A stretch of 64,000 nucleotides of DNA from Malacoraja senta. Taxonomy: Eukaryota. The notes beneath the pieces were generated by a model. It was not told where the DNA came from. It worked only from the letters and a program-made list of their open reading frames with translations, and made no database searches. Positions 38,425 to 52,623 of this stretch are shown piece by piece (positions within the stretch are counted from its first letter, which is position 1; each line of letters starts with the position of its first letter). The translations under genes and the position numbers were made by a program. The stretch spans positions 4,776,001 through 4,840,000 of the forward strand of contig CM075996.1 of assembly GCA_038087875.1 (NCBI GenBank), written 5' to 3'.

Positions 38425-39567
38425 TCTCCAGGGATGCTGCCTGACCTGCTAAGTCGCTCCAGCACTTTGTGTCTTTTTATGTGTATGTGGCTCTATGTGT
38501 ACATGCGACCTAACAACACCATGTGACTACTGTGTTCTCCATAGAGAATGGTGGTTAGCTGCGGTATGTGTGTATGGGCATTCTGGACTATCACGTCTGC
38601 ACATGTGGAGTGGAAGAATTGGCAGGAGGTCAGATGCGGGTGCACCTAGTCCCTCGCAGTGTCCTTAGATTTATCATTGAGCCTTGTGTTGTTGTGTCAC
38701 TTATTGAGCCAAGGGGATACGCTTGTTGTATGCCATGTCACTACATGCTTTGTGTCACTACAGGTCCTCTCATCTAAACACAGTCACCAATCTTCATTAA
38801 AAAGATAAAAAAGGGTAAGTTTATTTTTATTTTAATGAATATTAATGTTTTCAATTAATTAACACCAGATGAATGTTATTAAAATAAATTTGTTTTAATT
38901 AATGATTTTTTTCTACGTTTTTCACATTTCTTTCAACTGTTTCCAAATGTCTCTGATCACGAGGTGCATTTGGAAATTGTGGCAGATGGATGAATAGTCA
39001 AAAATGGTGTGTGGACAGGACTTTATTTCCCAACTGCCCAGTTGCTGCCTGTCCTTCCTCTCAATGACTGAGGGAATGATGACTGAGGAGTTAACATAGC
39101 CGCAAGAGGTTCATGTAACCACTGGATCTAATTCATTGATAGATTACATTGCATTGCCTTCTATGCCTTCCTCTCCAGTATCAGGACCTTGACACAATTA
39201 CAAAGTTTGGGGCAACCTCAGTTGCCCTCCTGGGCACACGTGAGACTGCTCACTCCTACCATCACAGGTCATTTCCATGAGAACAACCATGTTACCCAAT
39301 ATCCAGGTATACAATCCATATGCAGCAATAATATTCTCTTAGTGAACTGAGTGGTAGCTAGGTAGACAAAAGTGCTGGAGAAACTCAGCGGGTGCAGCGG
39401 CATCTATGGAGCGAAGGAAATAGGCAACGTTCGATTTTCCAGCATCTGCAGTTCCTTCTTAAGCAATGTGATTGGTAGCAAGAGTTAGATACAGATCAAC
39501 ATGAACCTATCAAACAGCATAACAGCTTCAAGGGATCAGTTGACTCCCCCTACATTCTTAGCTTCAT

Positions 39568-39860
39568 GTTTAGTTTATTTTAGTTTAGAAAAACAGCGCG
39601 GAAACAGGCCCTTCAGCCCACTGTATCCGCACCGACCACTATCCTTCACACATTAGGGACAATTTACACCTACACCAAGCCAATTAACCTACATACCTGT
39701 ATGTCTTTGGAGGGTGGGAGGAAACTGAAGATCTCGGAGAAAACCCACGCAGGTCACAGGGAGAACGTACAAACTCCGTACAGACAAGCACCCGTAGTCA
39801 GGATCGAACCCGGGTGTCCGGTGCTATAAGGCAGCAACTCTACCGCTGCGCCACCGTGCC
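39568..39860 (-). mobile_element. Full-length V-SINE (HE1-like)
   Basis: The minus strand starts GGCACGGTGGCGCAGCGGTAG (A box) and has GGTTCGATCC (B box), the V-domain and a (CTAAA)n tail. Confidence 0.88.
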
Positions 39861-40575
39861 ACACTGTGTCTTTTAGTTGCATCATTTAACTTGTTCTTCT
39901 TAATCCTAATGCTGAACTCATGTAAGCTTGATCGGTTTTATCGAGCCCTCCACATAACACTGAGTTGACTGGAAATGTGAGCCTATGTTCTTTCTGTTCC
40001 GTGTGTGCAGGACATAATTGACAGTTTGCTGGGGTGAAATTTGAGCTATGACCTATGGGTCACTAGTTATGAAACAACAGTGACTACTTCACATCTGATT
40101 TATTATCTGTAAGCTCGCTGGATGTCCTGACAACATGAAGGGCACTAAACAAAGCTGTTTGTTCTTCGCATACGTACAATATGCCTGTGTTTGTTGTGAT
40201 TTGTCAAAAGGAGTGCACCTGTAACAGTACTCATAGAGCCCTGTGCCATCCAGGACAAAGTATATGGCTAATGATCTGATGTATGTAATCAACACCCAAT
40301 CTACCTCTCTGAACATTCACTCTCTCCACCATGGGCAATCATGATTGCAGATGTACTCTTCCATAAAACATTGCTCATCAGATTCCATACATATAGGCTC
40401 TGCACTTATATATTGTATAGTATATAGTATATTGACCATTGTGTATATATTTATAGAATGCCTTGTAGTAAATGCCTACTATGTTCTGTTGTGCTCAAGC
40501 AAAGCAAGAATTTCATTGTCCCACCAGGGACACATGACAATAAACTCACTTGACTTGACTTGACTTAGAAAAGAA

Positions 40576-41404
40576 GTCAAGTCAAGTCAAGTCACATTTA
40601 TTTATATAGCACATATAAAAAACAACTCTCGTTGGCCAAAGTGTTTTACATTTGTTATAAGAATAGCACAAACAAAACAAACTACATACATGTATACATG
40701 TAGCCCTCACTCAGAGGACGTCAGGAAAGGCTTGGGAGTATAGATAAGTCTTTAGTCTTGACTTAAAAGAGTCGATGGAGGGGGCAGTTCTGATGGGAAA
40801 GGGGATGCTGTTCCACAGTCTAGGGGCTGCAACCGCAAAGGCGCGGTCGCCCCTGAGCTTATGCCTAGACCGCGGGATATTCAGCAACCCCAAGTCGGTC
40901 GATCTGAGGGGCCTGGAGGTGGAGTGGTGGGTGAGAAGACTTTTTATGTAGGTGGGGGCAAGCCCATTGAGGGCTTTGTAGACATGGAGGAGGATCTTGA
41001 AGTTTATACGGAACCGCACAGGGAGCCAGTGGAGAGAGGCCAGGATCGGGGTGATGTGGTCCCTTTTTCGGGTGCCCGTCAGGAGTCTCGCTGCGGCGTT
41101 TTGGACCAGTTGCAGGCGGGACAGGGAAGATTGTCTGATGCCAGTGTAAAGGGAGTTGCAGTAATCTAGGCGGGAGGAGATGAATGTGTGGATGATCTTT
41201 TCGAGGTCATCAAACTGGAGGAATTGTTTTATTTTAGCTATCGTCCGAAGCTGAAAGAAGCTAGCTTTTACCACGGCATTGACTTGTTTGTCAAGTTTCA
41301 GTGCTGAGTCAAATATCACGCCAAGGTTTTTGACGTGAGGTTTGAGTAGTGGGGTAAGGCTTCCAAGGCTGCCTGCTATCGTTTTGATTGAGTCCGAGGG
41401 GCCT
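40576..41404 (-). mobile_element. 5'-truncated L2-clade LINE
   Basis: ORF 40711..41319 contains SRLDYCNSL...LQLVQNAAARLL...HITPILASLHWLPVRFRINFKILL...GDRAFAVAAPRLWN; (CTTGA)n tail. Confidence 0.9.
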
Positions 41405-41489
41405 CAGAAAGAGCATCAATTGCAAAGGAATGTCAGTACCAAATAATTTTCCCCACCTGTCCACTTCTCTAAGCCACACACTAACCTGA

Positions 41490-42040
41490 TAATAGAGCTT
41501 CCCTGGTCCTCACCTTTTACCACACCAGCCACCACATCTAACACCTCATATTCTGACATTTCCGGCACCTCCAACGTGATGCTACCACTAGTCGCATCTT
41601 CAAATCTCCACCTCATTCCGCCTTCTGCAGAGACTGCTCCCTGTGCAACTCCTTGGTTCACATCCCTTCTCACCCAGACCACCCCCCAATCAAGGTACTT
41701 GCCTCTGCAAACGCATGAGATGTAACACCTGCCCCAATCCCTTCTCCCTCGTCTCCATCCAGAGATCCCAGCAGTCCTCATCTACTGCATCCGGTGTTCC
41801 CGATGTGGCCTCCTGTACCTCGGTGAAACCAAGCGTAGACTCGGCGACTGGCCTTTGTTCCAACCACCTGCTTATCAAAGCCCCCCTCACATACAGTATG
41901 TTATCCTATTATCTGCCACGCTTTGTCCTGCCTCTCCCCGTGTCAAACTTTCTCCTCTTCCCCTGCAATAAGTCTGAAGAAGATCTTGACCCAAAACGTC
42001 ACCTAGCCCTGTTCTCCAGGGATGTTGCCTCACTTGCTGA
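41490..42040 (+). mobile_element. Degraded Penelope-like fragment (duplicate at about 35290-35625)
   Basis: GTCLCKRMRCNTCP and LIYCIRCSRCGLLYLGETKRRLGD GIY-YIG codons followed by a terminal repeat. Confidence 0.8.
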
Positions 42041-43156
42041 TATTTGTCCAATTTGTGTATTAACCAACACAAAATTCCTGGAATAGGAATGCTGCCTGTC
42101 CCACTGAGTTCCTACAGCATTTTGTGCCTATCTTTGATTTTAACCAGCATCTGCAGTTCCTTTCTAAATAATTGAGAGACTGTTGTGCTGTCAGAAGTAC
42201 CATTTTTGAAATAAAATATTAAACCAAATCTTGTTTGATTTCCTTGAGAGACATGGTTTCAAATATTTGGACCCTTGGTCTGGAATTCCCTCTCCAAATC
42301 CCTTTGTCTTTCTTTCCTCTGAGATCTTTCTAAAAGCTAACCTCTGCTTCAAACGTTCCTTCGACTGCCTAACAGTCTCAGTGGAAAGACTCTGCATCAA
42401 GTTCTGTTTGATAACGTTCCTGTGTAACACATAAGGGGATTTTACTCTAGTCAAAGGAATATGTAAGCATAAAAGGTTATTGTTCTTTCTGAAGGTTAAG
42501 AGATCATATCTGCAGTGTCCTGGCTAATACGTTGGTGGGACTTTATGTAAATCGATTGCTCCTATCAAACATTACCAAAGTGGCCGCGCCTCAAATTTAC
42601 ATCAATGGCTATAAAGCAACGTGGAAAGCTTAAGGTGATTAATTGTGTAAAGCTTATCATCCTTTTTTTTTTTTTCAGTTTTAATTGCAAAGATATATAG
42701 GCTCTATTGCATCTTGTAGCAGTGTTCACTACAGTATATTACTGTGCAAATCATATTCAGTTTGCAGGGACTGTGATCAACATTCATTGATGTACAGCAC
42801 AGAAAGAGACCATCTGGTATCTATGTTGGCTCTCCACGAAAGAGCTATCCATTCCTCTGCCCTTTCCCCACAACATTAACAATATTTCCTTTCAATCATT
42901 GAATTTATTTTCATGAGTTGCTATTAAATCTGCATTGCCCTTGTACACAATGCAGTCCAGATCATAACAGCTTGCGACTTAAAAATAGCTCCTTTAATGA
43001 TTGTCTTAAATCTGAGTGCTCAGGGCACTGACCACCACTCTAATTGTCCACGTCTTTCCAATCCCCAACTCTCCTGCCGGCAGAATAACAGCATGGTCTT
43101 TGATTTCAGGTAGAAACACAATGTAGAGTAGGCACACTCAATTTCTTTGGATTCCT

Positions 43157-43413
43157 AGGTACACAAAAATGCTGGAGAAACTCAGCGGGTGCAGCAGCAT
43201 CTATGGAGCGAAGGAAATAGGCAACGTTTCGGGCCGAAACCCTTCTTCAGACAGTCTTTTTGACAGGATGACAGGATGAGTATTTTTCCTTTGAAAAGGG
43301 GCCCGAAACGTTGCCTATTTCCTTCGCTCCATAGATGCTGCTGCACCCGCTGAGTTTCTCCAGCATTTTTGTGTACCTTCGATTTTCCAGCATCTGCAGT
43401 TCCTTCTTAAATC
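43157..43413. mobile_element. Inverted (palindromic) Penelope terminal-repeat insertion
   Basis: 12-bp TSD CTTTGGATTCCT (43145-43156 and 43414-43425); the arms at about 43157-43240 and 43300-43378 are reverse complements. Confidence 0.85.
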
Positions 43414-44774
43414 CTTTGGATTCCTGTTGGTTCTCAATTACTAGTAAGTAAAAACTCTCAAGGACATAATTGTTTCTGAGCTGGGGGAAGTTGCACTATT
43501 CAGGTGGACAGCTGCTGATCTCCTGCAGCTTCTGTACCTCAAGCAGCTGCAGCAACGCTGAATAAGGCATGAGGCACGCCAAGTCTGAGCACTCGGTATG
43601 AGACATTGTGCATGAAGGTTTTCCATCCTCCCCCACCATTCTATAGGCATTTACATATATTAAAAATAGAAAATGCAGGAATTACTCAGCAGGTCAGGCA
43701 CCATCTGTGACAAGAGAAACGGAGATCATGTTTGAGGACATTAATTTTCATTAGAACTGGGAAAGGTTAGAACTGTAACAGGGTTTAACAAATGCAGCAC
43801 TAGAAAAGGCAAAGATTAAATGACGGTATTGAAAATGGTGTAATACAAAAAGGATGCGGCGGTGAGGACAAAAATGGGTGATGAGAAACTGCAAATAGCA
43901 TCACAGAAATCACTGAATTTCTCGACGTGAAACATTAATAATTCCTTCCCCCCACAGACGCTGTTTGACTGCCGAGTTCCTCCAGTTGTGAACTTTTTGC
44001 TCCAAATTCCAGAATCTGTAGTGTTTTAGTGTCTTCACAAATATATCCACCTGGAGCAGTGACGTCTGAAACTGTTGATCTAAATATTAAGCGCAGAAGG
44101 CCACAATGTGTCCAATGAAAGAAAGGAATCTTTGTTCTTCAAGCTGACAAAAAAGTTCATGGGAATAGTGCCAAGGACAGGGGTGTCAATGTAGGAGTTT
44201 GGGCAGGGAATGAAAGCAACAGACACACATGTGCAGGCTGAATAGAAATGTTCAGCATTATAATCACCATTCTGCATTTGGTCTTCTCAATGTAGAGGGG
44301 ACCACATCATGAGCCGGTTAAACATTTTGCTAAAAGTAATGAAGCATAGATAAGTTGCTCGTTCACTTGGTTGAAGTGTATGGGTCATTGGGCATTGAGA
44401 ATGGACCTCATGAAAGGACAGGGAGTGAGGGATGGGATGGGAGAAATAAGCAGGTATTGCTGCTATTGGAATATGCTGGTTTAAGTTTATAGAATGGTAC
44501 AAATGCTCAATGTTTCAACCCAATGTACTCCGATGTGTCCTTCCTTGCTCAGAGTGCATAACCTCATTCAACATTACCTCTCGACTCCAGATTCATCTAC
44601 TGTAACGATCACCCAGCTCAGCCTTCGACTTCCGTGCTTGATAAACTCCAGCTGATGCCAAGCTCAGCTTCATCTGTCAACCCTGGCATTACTGACCTTA
44701 ATTATCACTCAATGTAGTCTGGCTAGATTTTACGATTCTCATCTTCGTTTTCAAATTCCTTTACGACTTTGTCC

Positions 44775-45081
44775 ACAGTGACGCAGCTGGTAGTGCTGCT
44801 GCCTCACAGCACCAGAGACCCAGGTTTGATTCTGTCCTCAAGTGCTGTCTATTTGGAGTTTGCATGTAGTTTGTGACCACCATGGGTTTCTTTCTTGTGC
44901 TCCGGTTTCCTCCTACTTCCCAGTTTTGTAGGTCGATTTGCTCTGTAAATTGCCCCGAATGTGTTGGCGGGGGTGGATGAGAAAGTGGGATAACATAGAA
45001 CTAGTGTGACCGGGTAATCGATGGTCAGTGTGGACTTGGTAGGCCGAAGCCCTGTTTTCATGTTGTATCTCTAAACTAAAC
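44775..45081 (+). mobile_element. V-SINE
   Basis: A/B-box-like head, V-domain and (CTAAA)n tail. Confidence 0.75.
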
Positions 45082-46589
45082 TCCCTGTGTCTAATCTTAT
45101 TCGCCCCTGCAACGAGTGGGCAACACAGTGGCACTGCGGGTAGTACAGCTGTCTCTCAGCTCCAGTGGCGTAAATTAAATCCTGACCTCCAGATTTGGTG
45201 TGTTCTCCCTAAGACTTTCAAGTGCTCTAGTTTCCTCTTATATCCTGAAGACATGCTGGCTGTTAGGTTGATTAGCTACTGTGTCATAGGTTCGTCGTAA
45301 GAGAGTCAAGCTATAGGACACTGTTAAGGGCATAAGAGTATAGGGCATAAGAGGGCATAAGAGTATAGCTTATAAGTAAATAATTGGGGCATTGTAAATC
45401 TAAATCTTAGAGACCAAGAAGTTGAGATAGCTGGCATAAACTCAGTAGGGTGAATGGCTTCTGTGCTGCAATAAAATATGAAATATGAGAGAACATTGAT
45501 AAATGTAGGTGCTCCTCTAATTCTGGTTCCTTGCATATAACTAATTTTCATCTCTGCTCATTTGGCAGTATTGCCATCAACTTCTTGGTCTCTAAGATTT
45601 AGACATTTCTCCCTAAACAACACGATCTTACCGTTACAGAAAAACTCATTGACAGAGCTTTTTATCATTCCATTCTCATATTTGTTAAGTTTTGTTCAGT
45701 AATACTTTTTATGAGATAATTCAGATATTTTGCTGCATTAAAGTTGTTCTGTTGATATAATTGCTGATTTATGGATTAAAAATCGTGAATAAGTGGGAGA
45801 ATCGAGGGGTGGGGATAATGGACATGTGAGGGAGAATAGATTACAGGCAAATAAATGAGGAATGGGATTGCTGGAGCTGGCATAGTCCCAATGGAATGTA
45901 GATTGCACAGTTTTATGTTGTATAGCAACGTATGTGTCACTCCTAGCTCTAATGTATTCAGTGTGAATTGTACAAATTGTGCCTGTAAAATAAATCTTTA
46001 GTTGACAACAGAACGCACGGCATTAGTGGGAGCTAAATTATAGAGCACGAGAGACTGAAAATGCTGGAATCTGGAGCAATAAACAATCTGCTGCAAGAAC
46101 TCGTGTTTAAGAATCGGAGGGAGGAGGAGAACTGGGGAAGGGTTTCGGCCCGAAATGTTGCCTATTTCCTTCGCTCCTTAGATGCTGCTGCACCCGCTGA
46201 GTTTCTCCAGCACTTTTGTCTACCGTCTGCTGCAAGAACTCAGCAGGTCAAGCAGCACCTGTGGAGGGAAAGGAATGGTCGACGTCGCAGGTCAAAACCC
46301 TGGGTCGGACTGACAAAGTGACAAGGGGAGATATCCCGTATAAAGAGGAGAGGAGGATGGGTGGCTAAAAAACAAAAGCTAGGTGTGATTGATGGACCAA
46401 GTATGGGTGAAAGATGATGGGCATAAGAGGCCCGGTAGGGGAGGGGAAAATTGGGGGCAGAGGCAGGTAGATGAAGGAGATAGATTACTTCGATCTAGAT
46501 CTAAGGAGAAAAGCCTCAGGAAAAAAATAGTCACTTATTTAGAATGAATTAAGGAGAAAATTCTTAACCCAATCTTTAATATTAAAATC

Positions 46590-47240
46590 TCTCCTGGTCC
46601 GAGAACACGGATGCAATTATAAAGAAACCACATCAGCGCCTCTACTTCCTGAGAAGATTACGGAGAGTCGGTATGTCAAGGAGGACTCTCTCAAACCTCT
46701 ACAGGTGCACAGTAGAGAGCATGCTGACCGGTTGCATCGTGGCTTGGTTCGGCAACTTGAGCGCCCAGGAGCGTAAAAGACTACAAAAAGTTGTACACAT
46801 TGCCCAGTCCATCATCGGCTCTGACCTCCCTTCCATCGAGGGGATCTATCGCAGTCGTTGCCTCAAAAAGGCTGGCAGCATCATCAAGGACCCACACCAT
46901 CCTGGCCACTCACTCATCTCCCCGCTGCCTTCAGGTCGAAGGTACAGGAGCCTGAAGACTGCAACATCCAGGTTCAGGAATAGTTGCTTCCCCACAGCCA
47001 TCAGGCTATTAAACTCAACTCAAACAAAACTCTGATCGTTAAGTAGCCCATTGCACTTTATCTGTTTATTTATGTGTGTAGATATATATTCATTGGTATA
47101 TGATCACACTGATCTGTTCTGTTCTGTATTTATTCATGCCTACTATATTCTGTTGTGCTGAAGCAAAGCAAGAATTTCATTGTCCTATCTGGGACACATG
47201 ACAATAAACTCTCTTGAATCTTGAATCTTGAACCTTGAAT
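46590..47240 (+). mobile_element. Rex/Babar-type LINE 3' end
   Basis: ORF 46673..47035 contains YRCTVESMLTGCIVAWFGN...LQKVV..AQSIIG..LPS...DPHHPGH..LPSGRRYRS; (CTTGAAT)n tail. Confidence 0.85.
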
Positions 47241-47536
47241 ATCATGTACCCCAAAAGGATTTACATGTTCTGTCAGTGGGTATACTTAAGTGACATATTT
47301 AGACATAAAAATGGTTACGGGATTTGGCAACGATTTGGAAAAATTGAACTGAAATTAATTATTTTGTTTTAAATTTCACTAAACCAGCAATGCAAGACAC
47401 GCTGATGCTGTTTTACCAATTGTATTAAAAATTACCTTCTATCACAAGGTTTACAAGCAGCAGTTAGGTTTTAATTTTGTTTTACTGTGGCAAGATCTCA
47501 CAGCTGCCAGCACTCATCCACGCAAGTGTAACCTTA

Positions 47537-47679
47537 AGGGCCTGTCACACTTGGGCGTCATTTGCGCGTCACCATGCACCACGTGCGCGTAATGCATGCC
47601 ATGCGCGCATCGTGCGTCGTGATGTGTAAATTATGTCGCGTAAATGACGCGTAAATAACACCCAAGTGGGACACGCCCT
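47537..47679. mobile_element. PIF/Harbinger-type MITE (143 bp)
   Basis: Imperfect TIRs of about 35 bp (AGGGCCTGTCACACTTGGGCGTCATTTGCGCGTCA / TGACGCGTAAATAACACCCAAGTGGGACACGCCCT) and a TTA TSD at 47534-47536 and 47680-47682. Confidence 0.85.
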
Positions 47680-48333
47680 TTAGGAAACTGCACTCATCCA
47701 ATTCCCGCGGAGTGATCTTGCTCCAAGAATGGCTACCGCAGTTATGGGAGAGAGGTGGCAGCATTCGCATGGGTCTCAGAGAGGGATAGGTTGTGGAGAT
47801 CATTCGCCGCAGGGTGCATATTCTTTGTACAAGGAAACCATCGAGAAAATGCTCCATTGATGTAGCCAGATTCACTGGCAGGAGGGTTGTCAGGGAAATC
47901 TCTGTGAGGACTAATACTCAATGTGTACACTTTAGGAAAGCCTGCAGTGGTAGCAAGTCCCTTTACCTGTTTTGCCTGCTTTTCTGGGCTGAAGGAAATA
48001 TAGACAAACATGTCTTTCTTGCGCCTGCGTGACCTGCCAGTGCAGCAATTAACAGCAACCTGAGATGCGGCATTGATCAAAAGCAAGGATTTTGAATGAT
48101 CTGGACATTTGATACCAGAGAGCCACTGTAACCTTTATTTAGATTATGAGAGCAATCCTGGCAGAAGCGGGGTCTGTATTTGAAATCATAGGAAGTCACA
48201 GATCTCAGTAAGGTGCATTCAGCCTGTTTAGACTCTGCTTTTCAATAAAGTCTAGTTATAAGCAAAGTTGCTTGTAAAGACTGCATAGATAAGGTCTTAA
48301 ATGATAAGCCATTCTAAACCTCTTGAATAGTAG

Positions 48334-48613
48334 GGTAGCACAGTGGCAGTAGAATTGCTGCCTTACAGCTCCAGAGACACGGGTCGACCCTGACTACGGG
48401 TGCTGTCTGTATGGAATTGTGTGTTCAAACTCCCTATGACCATGTGGGTTTTCTCCAGGTGCTCTTCTTTCCTCCCACATTCCAAAGACGTGCAGGTTTG
48501 TAGGTTAATTGGCTTTTGTAAATTTTTCCCAGTGTGTAGGGTAGAATTAGTGTACATGAAGACTTGGTGGGCCGAAGGGCCTGTTTCACGCTGTGTCCCT
48601 AAACTGAACTAAA
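48334..48613 (+). mobile_element. V-SINE
   Basis: Same head, V-domain and tail as the other copies. Confidence 0.75.
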
Positions 48614-49341
48614 TCGAAACAAAAAAAGATGGCTTGCTTTGGTGCAGGGTTGTGGCTGTTTTAATGCCTTTGACCCTTGGGGGTCCATCAAAGAAGGAAG
48701 GCAAACTTAAGTGGGAGCAGTGAGGCTAAAGAGGTCTGGAGTACAGTGTGTGACAAATGTTGCATCTATAGTGTGAAATGATAGAATTATACAGCATAGA
48801 AATGGGTCATTTAGCCCACCATGTCCATACCAACCATTTGGACTTTAGCGTTCCACGCCTTGGCAATTCAAGTGCTCATCCAGATACTTGTTCATTGTTA
48901 ATAGGGTTCACACTTGTACCCCAAGTGAAAAACATGAGTTCCTCTAATTTGGGATATTTCTGTTTTTGGGGAAATTTCTTCCAATCCACCCAGTCTATGC
49001 CTCTTATAGTTTTCTACAGGTCTATGAGGTTCCACCTCAGCCTCCTCTGCTCCAAGGAAAACAAAGCCAGTCTATCTGTCTCCCCTCATAAGTGAAATGC
49101 TCCGTCTCCAACAACATTCTCCTCGTACCCTATCTAGTAGATGGGGATCCATGTAGCATGATTCTCTGCGCTGGGCGAGGGACATGCCAGCATTGGTTTT
49201 CCGAGATTCTCCAAGACCAGCAAGCATGATCTAGGTACGGCGTGACCTTTGCAAGTCATTTACTTCAGGATTCCAAGATGGAAAAGATAGCCACTCAAGG
49301 AAAAATCGCATCAAAAGCAGCAAAACATTATGAAAGATGAA

Positions 49342-49486
49342 GGTAGACAAAAAGTGCTGGAGAAACTCAGCGGGTGCAGCATCTATGGAGCGAAGGAAAT
49401 AGGCAACGTTTTGGACCGAAACCCTTCTTCAGACTGAAGAAGACTTTTGTCTACCTTTGATTTTCCAGCATCTGTACTTCCTTCTT
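49342..49486. mobile_element. Inverted Penelope terminal-repeat insertion
   Basis: 19-bp TSD AAACATTATGAAAGATGAA (49323-49341 and 49487-49505). Confidence 0.85.
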
Positions 49487-52400
49487 AAACATTATGAAAG
49501 ATGAATTTCTGTCAGGTATTTTTTAAATTTCATATTGTGCTACAAATGCCAAACACCTTTCATCTGCATTACTCCACTGTACCATGCAGTAACAACAAAA
49601 CACATGATCAATTTTTGTTGTAAAAAATGCATGTAACTGAGTAAGTTACTTATCATATTTTTCTATCCTGCCTTTAATTTCATACTAATTAATAAAATAA
49701 TTTATCCATAGCTAGAGGAGCATTGAATATTTATAATTAGTTCTGACTGAAATTTGTGTGTTGGCTGGCCCCTTTAAATAGTACAGTTTAGGGGAGAGTT
49801 CATAGAAGTTGATTTTTCGGTGAGTAAGTTAGACTGCATATTTCAGACCAGTGAGGTTGCAAACCATAAGTGGAGACAGAACAGAGCACTGCACTATGCT
49901 TGCTGTTATTTGGTGGTTTTATGCCAAAACATGTTAGTAGTGTCAAAAGCACTACCAAGGTTTAAGGCTTGAATTTCCTGCCAGATGCCAGAAGTGTGGG
50001 AATGGGTGCAATTTTTCTCTAAACCTATTTTCAACTGCACAGCCCTTTTTCCAATGTTACAGGAAGGATTTCCCTAATCCAGTTACAGGTTCACGTTCGA
50101 TTTTACTTTGAACGGTTTGGTGGTCTTGATCTTCAATAATCTTCAACATTCTTAAACACAATGGAAGAGGCTTCTGAAATGTTTCCTTTAACAAACAAGA
50201 GGAGAATCTTGGTGCAAAGAATTGCTAATTTGGCTTTAAACGTGCCCATATTACTATGAGAAAAATAACTTGCTTTTAATGTACTGTAGGAAGCACAGCA
50301 GTCAGTTTTCATGTTGCACGCTTCCTTTAAAAACACAGCACAAACCATCTAGAGGAGTCTATAAATAGAGTTTGATACACTGTACATTTCGGGGCTGGAA
50401 TTAGCTCATTTGGTTGTGGTCAGGTTTGCGAGGCATTGGTCAGAACATAACATATTGTTCAAACTATTGCCACATGATCATATATAACCGCCAGAAGGAG
50501 ACACTTCTGATAACAAAACATTCCCCAGAACTGCAGTGCAGTGACAGACTAGATGTGTGGAGTAGAACTTGACCCATGACTGAGAGGTGTGAGTACTGGT
50601 TCTCCTCTCTTGAGAAGCAGATATAGAAATCTGGATTTTTTCCAGTACAGTTTCAGTCGTCATTTTGAATGAAAGAATGAATGCTTAATCTGGTGATTTG
50701 AGCACAATAATTGACAGTACTGAGGGATGCTGCATTGCCAGAGTTGAGGCTTTCAGGTAAAATAGGAGCAAAATGCCATTGACTGGCTGAAAAAGAGCAG
50801 GGAATTATGCACCTGTATCGTGTATATGTATCCAGGGAACTTGTATTCCTCCATCAATATCCAGGTTGCTTATCTTATTGCTGCTCTATGAAAATGAGTT
50901 GTCATATTTTCTCACAAGGAGTTGATTGGACCTCAGTGGCTGTAAAGCACATATTGATGCTGGTGAAAGCTGCTATAGCAAAACAAAGGACTAAAATGCT
51001 ACAGAACTTGCTAAATTTCCATTCGGTGAATTTGCGGTGACAGTGTGCTTTCAATTGGTTCCCCGTGCATGAGGTTCGATGGAACTTCTGGAAACGATCG
51101 CATACAGCATAAGGGGTGAACATTCATGTGATAATTGTGGTGCAGTTTCCGAAAGCAATTTACCTCTGTTTGTTATGTTGAGCTGATGTGTATCGCTTCA
51201 TCAGGTTGCTCTGTGACCTGGGTTAAATATACACATGGAGCCACCACAACAGAGGAATCTATACGTAGAATTGAATGCACTGTTCTGTTCTGGAGTAGCA
51301 CCAAAAGCAAGTGTGAACATGAAAGGACATAGCCTGCCAATATCAGCAGTCCGTAACAACTCTGGATTGTTGCTGTACTCAACAAGCCATTCATTTTTTC
51401 ATCAAATAGAAACATTAATTTAAAAGTGGCAGGGAAAAATGGTGGTAAGTTTATTTTAAAAAAACACAGAGTGTTGGAGTAACTCAGCAGGTCGGGCAGC
51501 ATCACTGGAGAGCATGCATAGATGACATATGTATAAATGGCAGCATGTCATGGGAGAACCAAGGTCATTGGAAATGAACAGGCTTGTGAGAAGGAAGAGT
51601 CAGTGGCAAAAATTAATATTCCTTCTTCTCTGACCTCTTGTGGGTTTTGACTATCTGCAAGAACTCTGAAAGTCACAAGATACCGAATGAATAAAGGGAA
51701 GCAGAAGTCCTCCATTATTCAAATTGTGTTTCTTATTTTCTTTTGGTGCTCTTGAAATTGAATTCTGTCCTTGATTTGTGTACTGTGGTGTTTTTATATT
51801 TAATTTATTCCGATTATGTGTTTTGTATTTTTTTTGTGATTCTATGCATTGTAAGGTGTCCTTGGGTTTTAGAAAGGCGCCAGTAAATAAAATGATTATT
51901 ATTATTATTATTATTATTCAGATAAATGAATAATGCCACAACCGGCCTGGGCTGCTAAATTAATAACTAAAACTATGTTAAAATATTTTATAGTCCCGAT
52001 CTGTCAATTAAAAGATAGAAGGCTGCACTGTGGACTGTGACATATTTCTGCTGTTTCTTTCCATTTTATTTCCCTATTATAATCATAATCTGGATGATTT
52101 TACCCTCTATATCTTCTTTCATTTGTCATTCTAATATCACTCACTTCTGATTTACAAAATTATGTATTCAAACCCTAATCTAGAAAATTCAGCACAAAAT
52201 ACAGGTCAATTCCACACTGTAATACTAAAGAAATGTTACACCCATTGTTTGGATGGTACTTCCAAATGTGGACATGTAACTGTACTTACAATGCTATGAT
52301 ACTATGTTCTAGTATTTTTGTCTCTGCATCACCTGTTGTACTTGTGTATGTCTTAATTGTACTCATGCACAGTATGAGATGATGGAGAGCACACATATAA

Positions 52401-52623
52401 AGGTGTAGGAAGGAACTGCAGTTGTTGGTTTAAACCGAAGATGGACACAAAAAGCTGGAGTATCTCAGTGGGACAGGCAACAGTCTTTGGAGAGAAGGAG
52501 GAACACATATAGAGGCTCGAAGGGCTGAATAGCCTACTCCTGCACCTATTGTCTATTGTCTATTGTCTATTGTCTATTGTGTTCACTAATTCCCCGTACA
52601 AGTGACAATATACCAGTTCTAAA

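Noticed and set aside
39780..39860. tRNA gene (A/B boxes)
   Set aside because: It is the tRNA-derived head of a V-SINE, continuous with the SINE body; no full cloverleaf is evident.
47729..48032. Short ORFs in GC-richer unique sequence after the MITE
   Set aside because: No recognisable homology, convincing splice sites or link to the ANKFN1-family frame.
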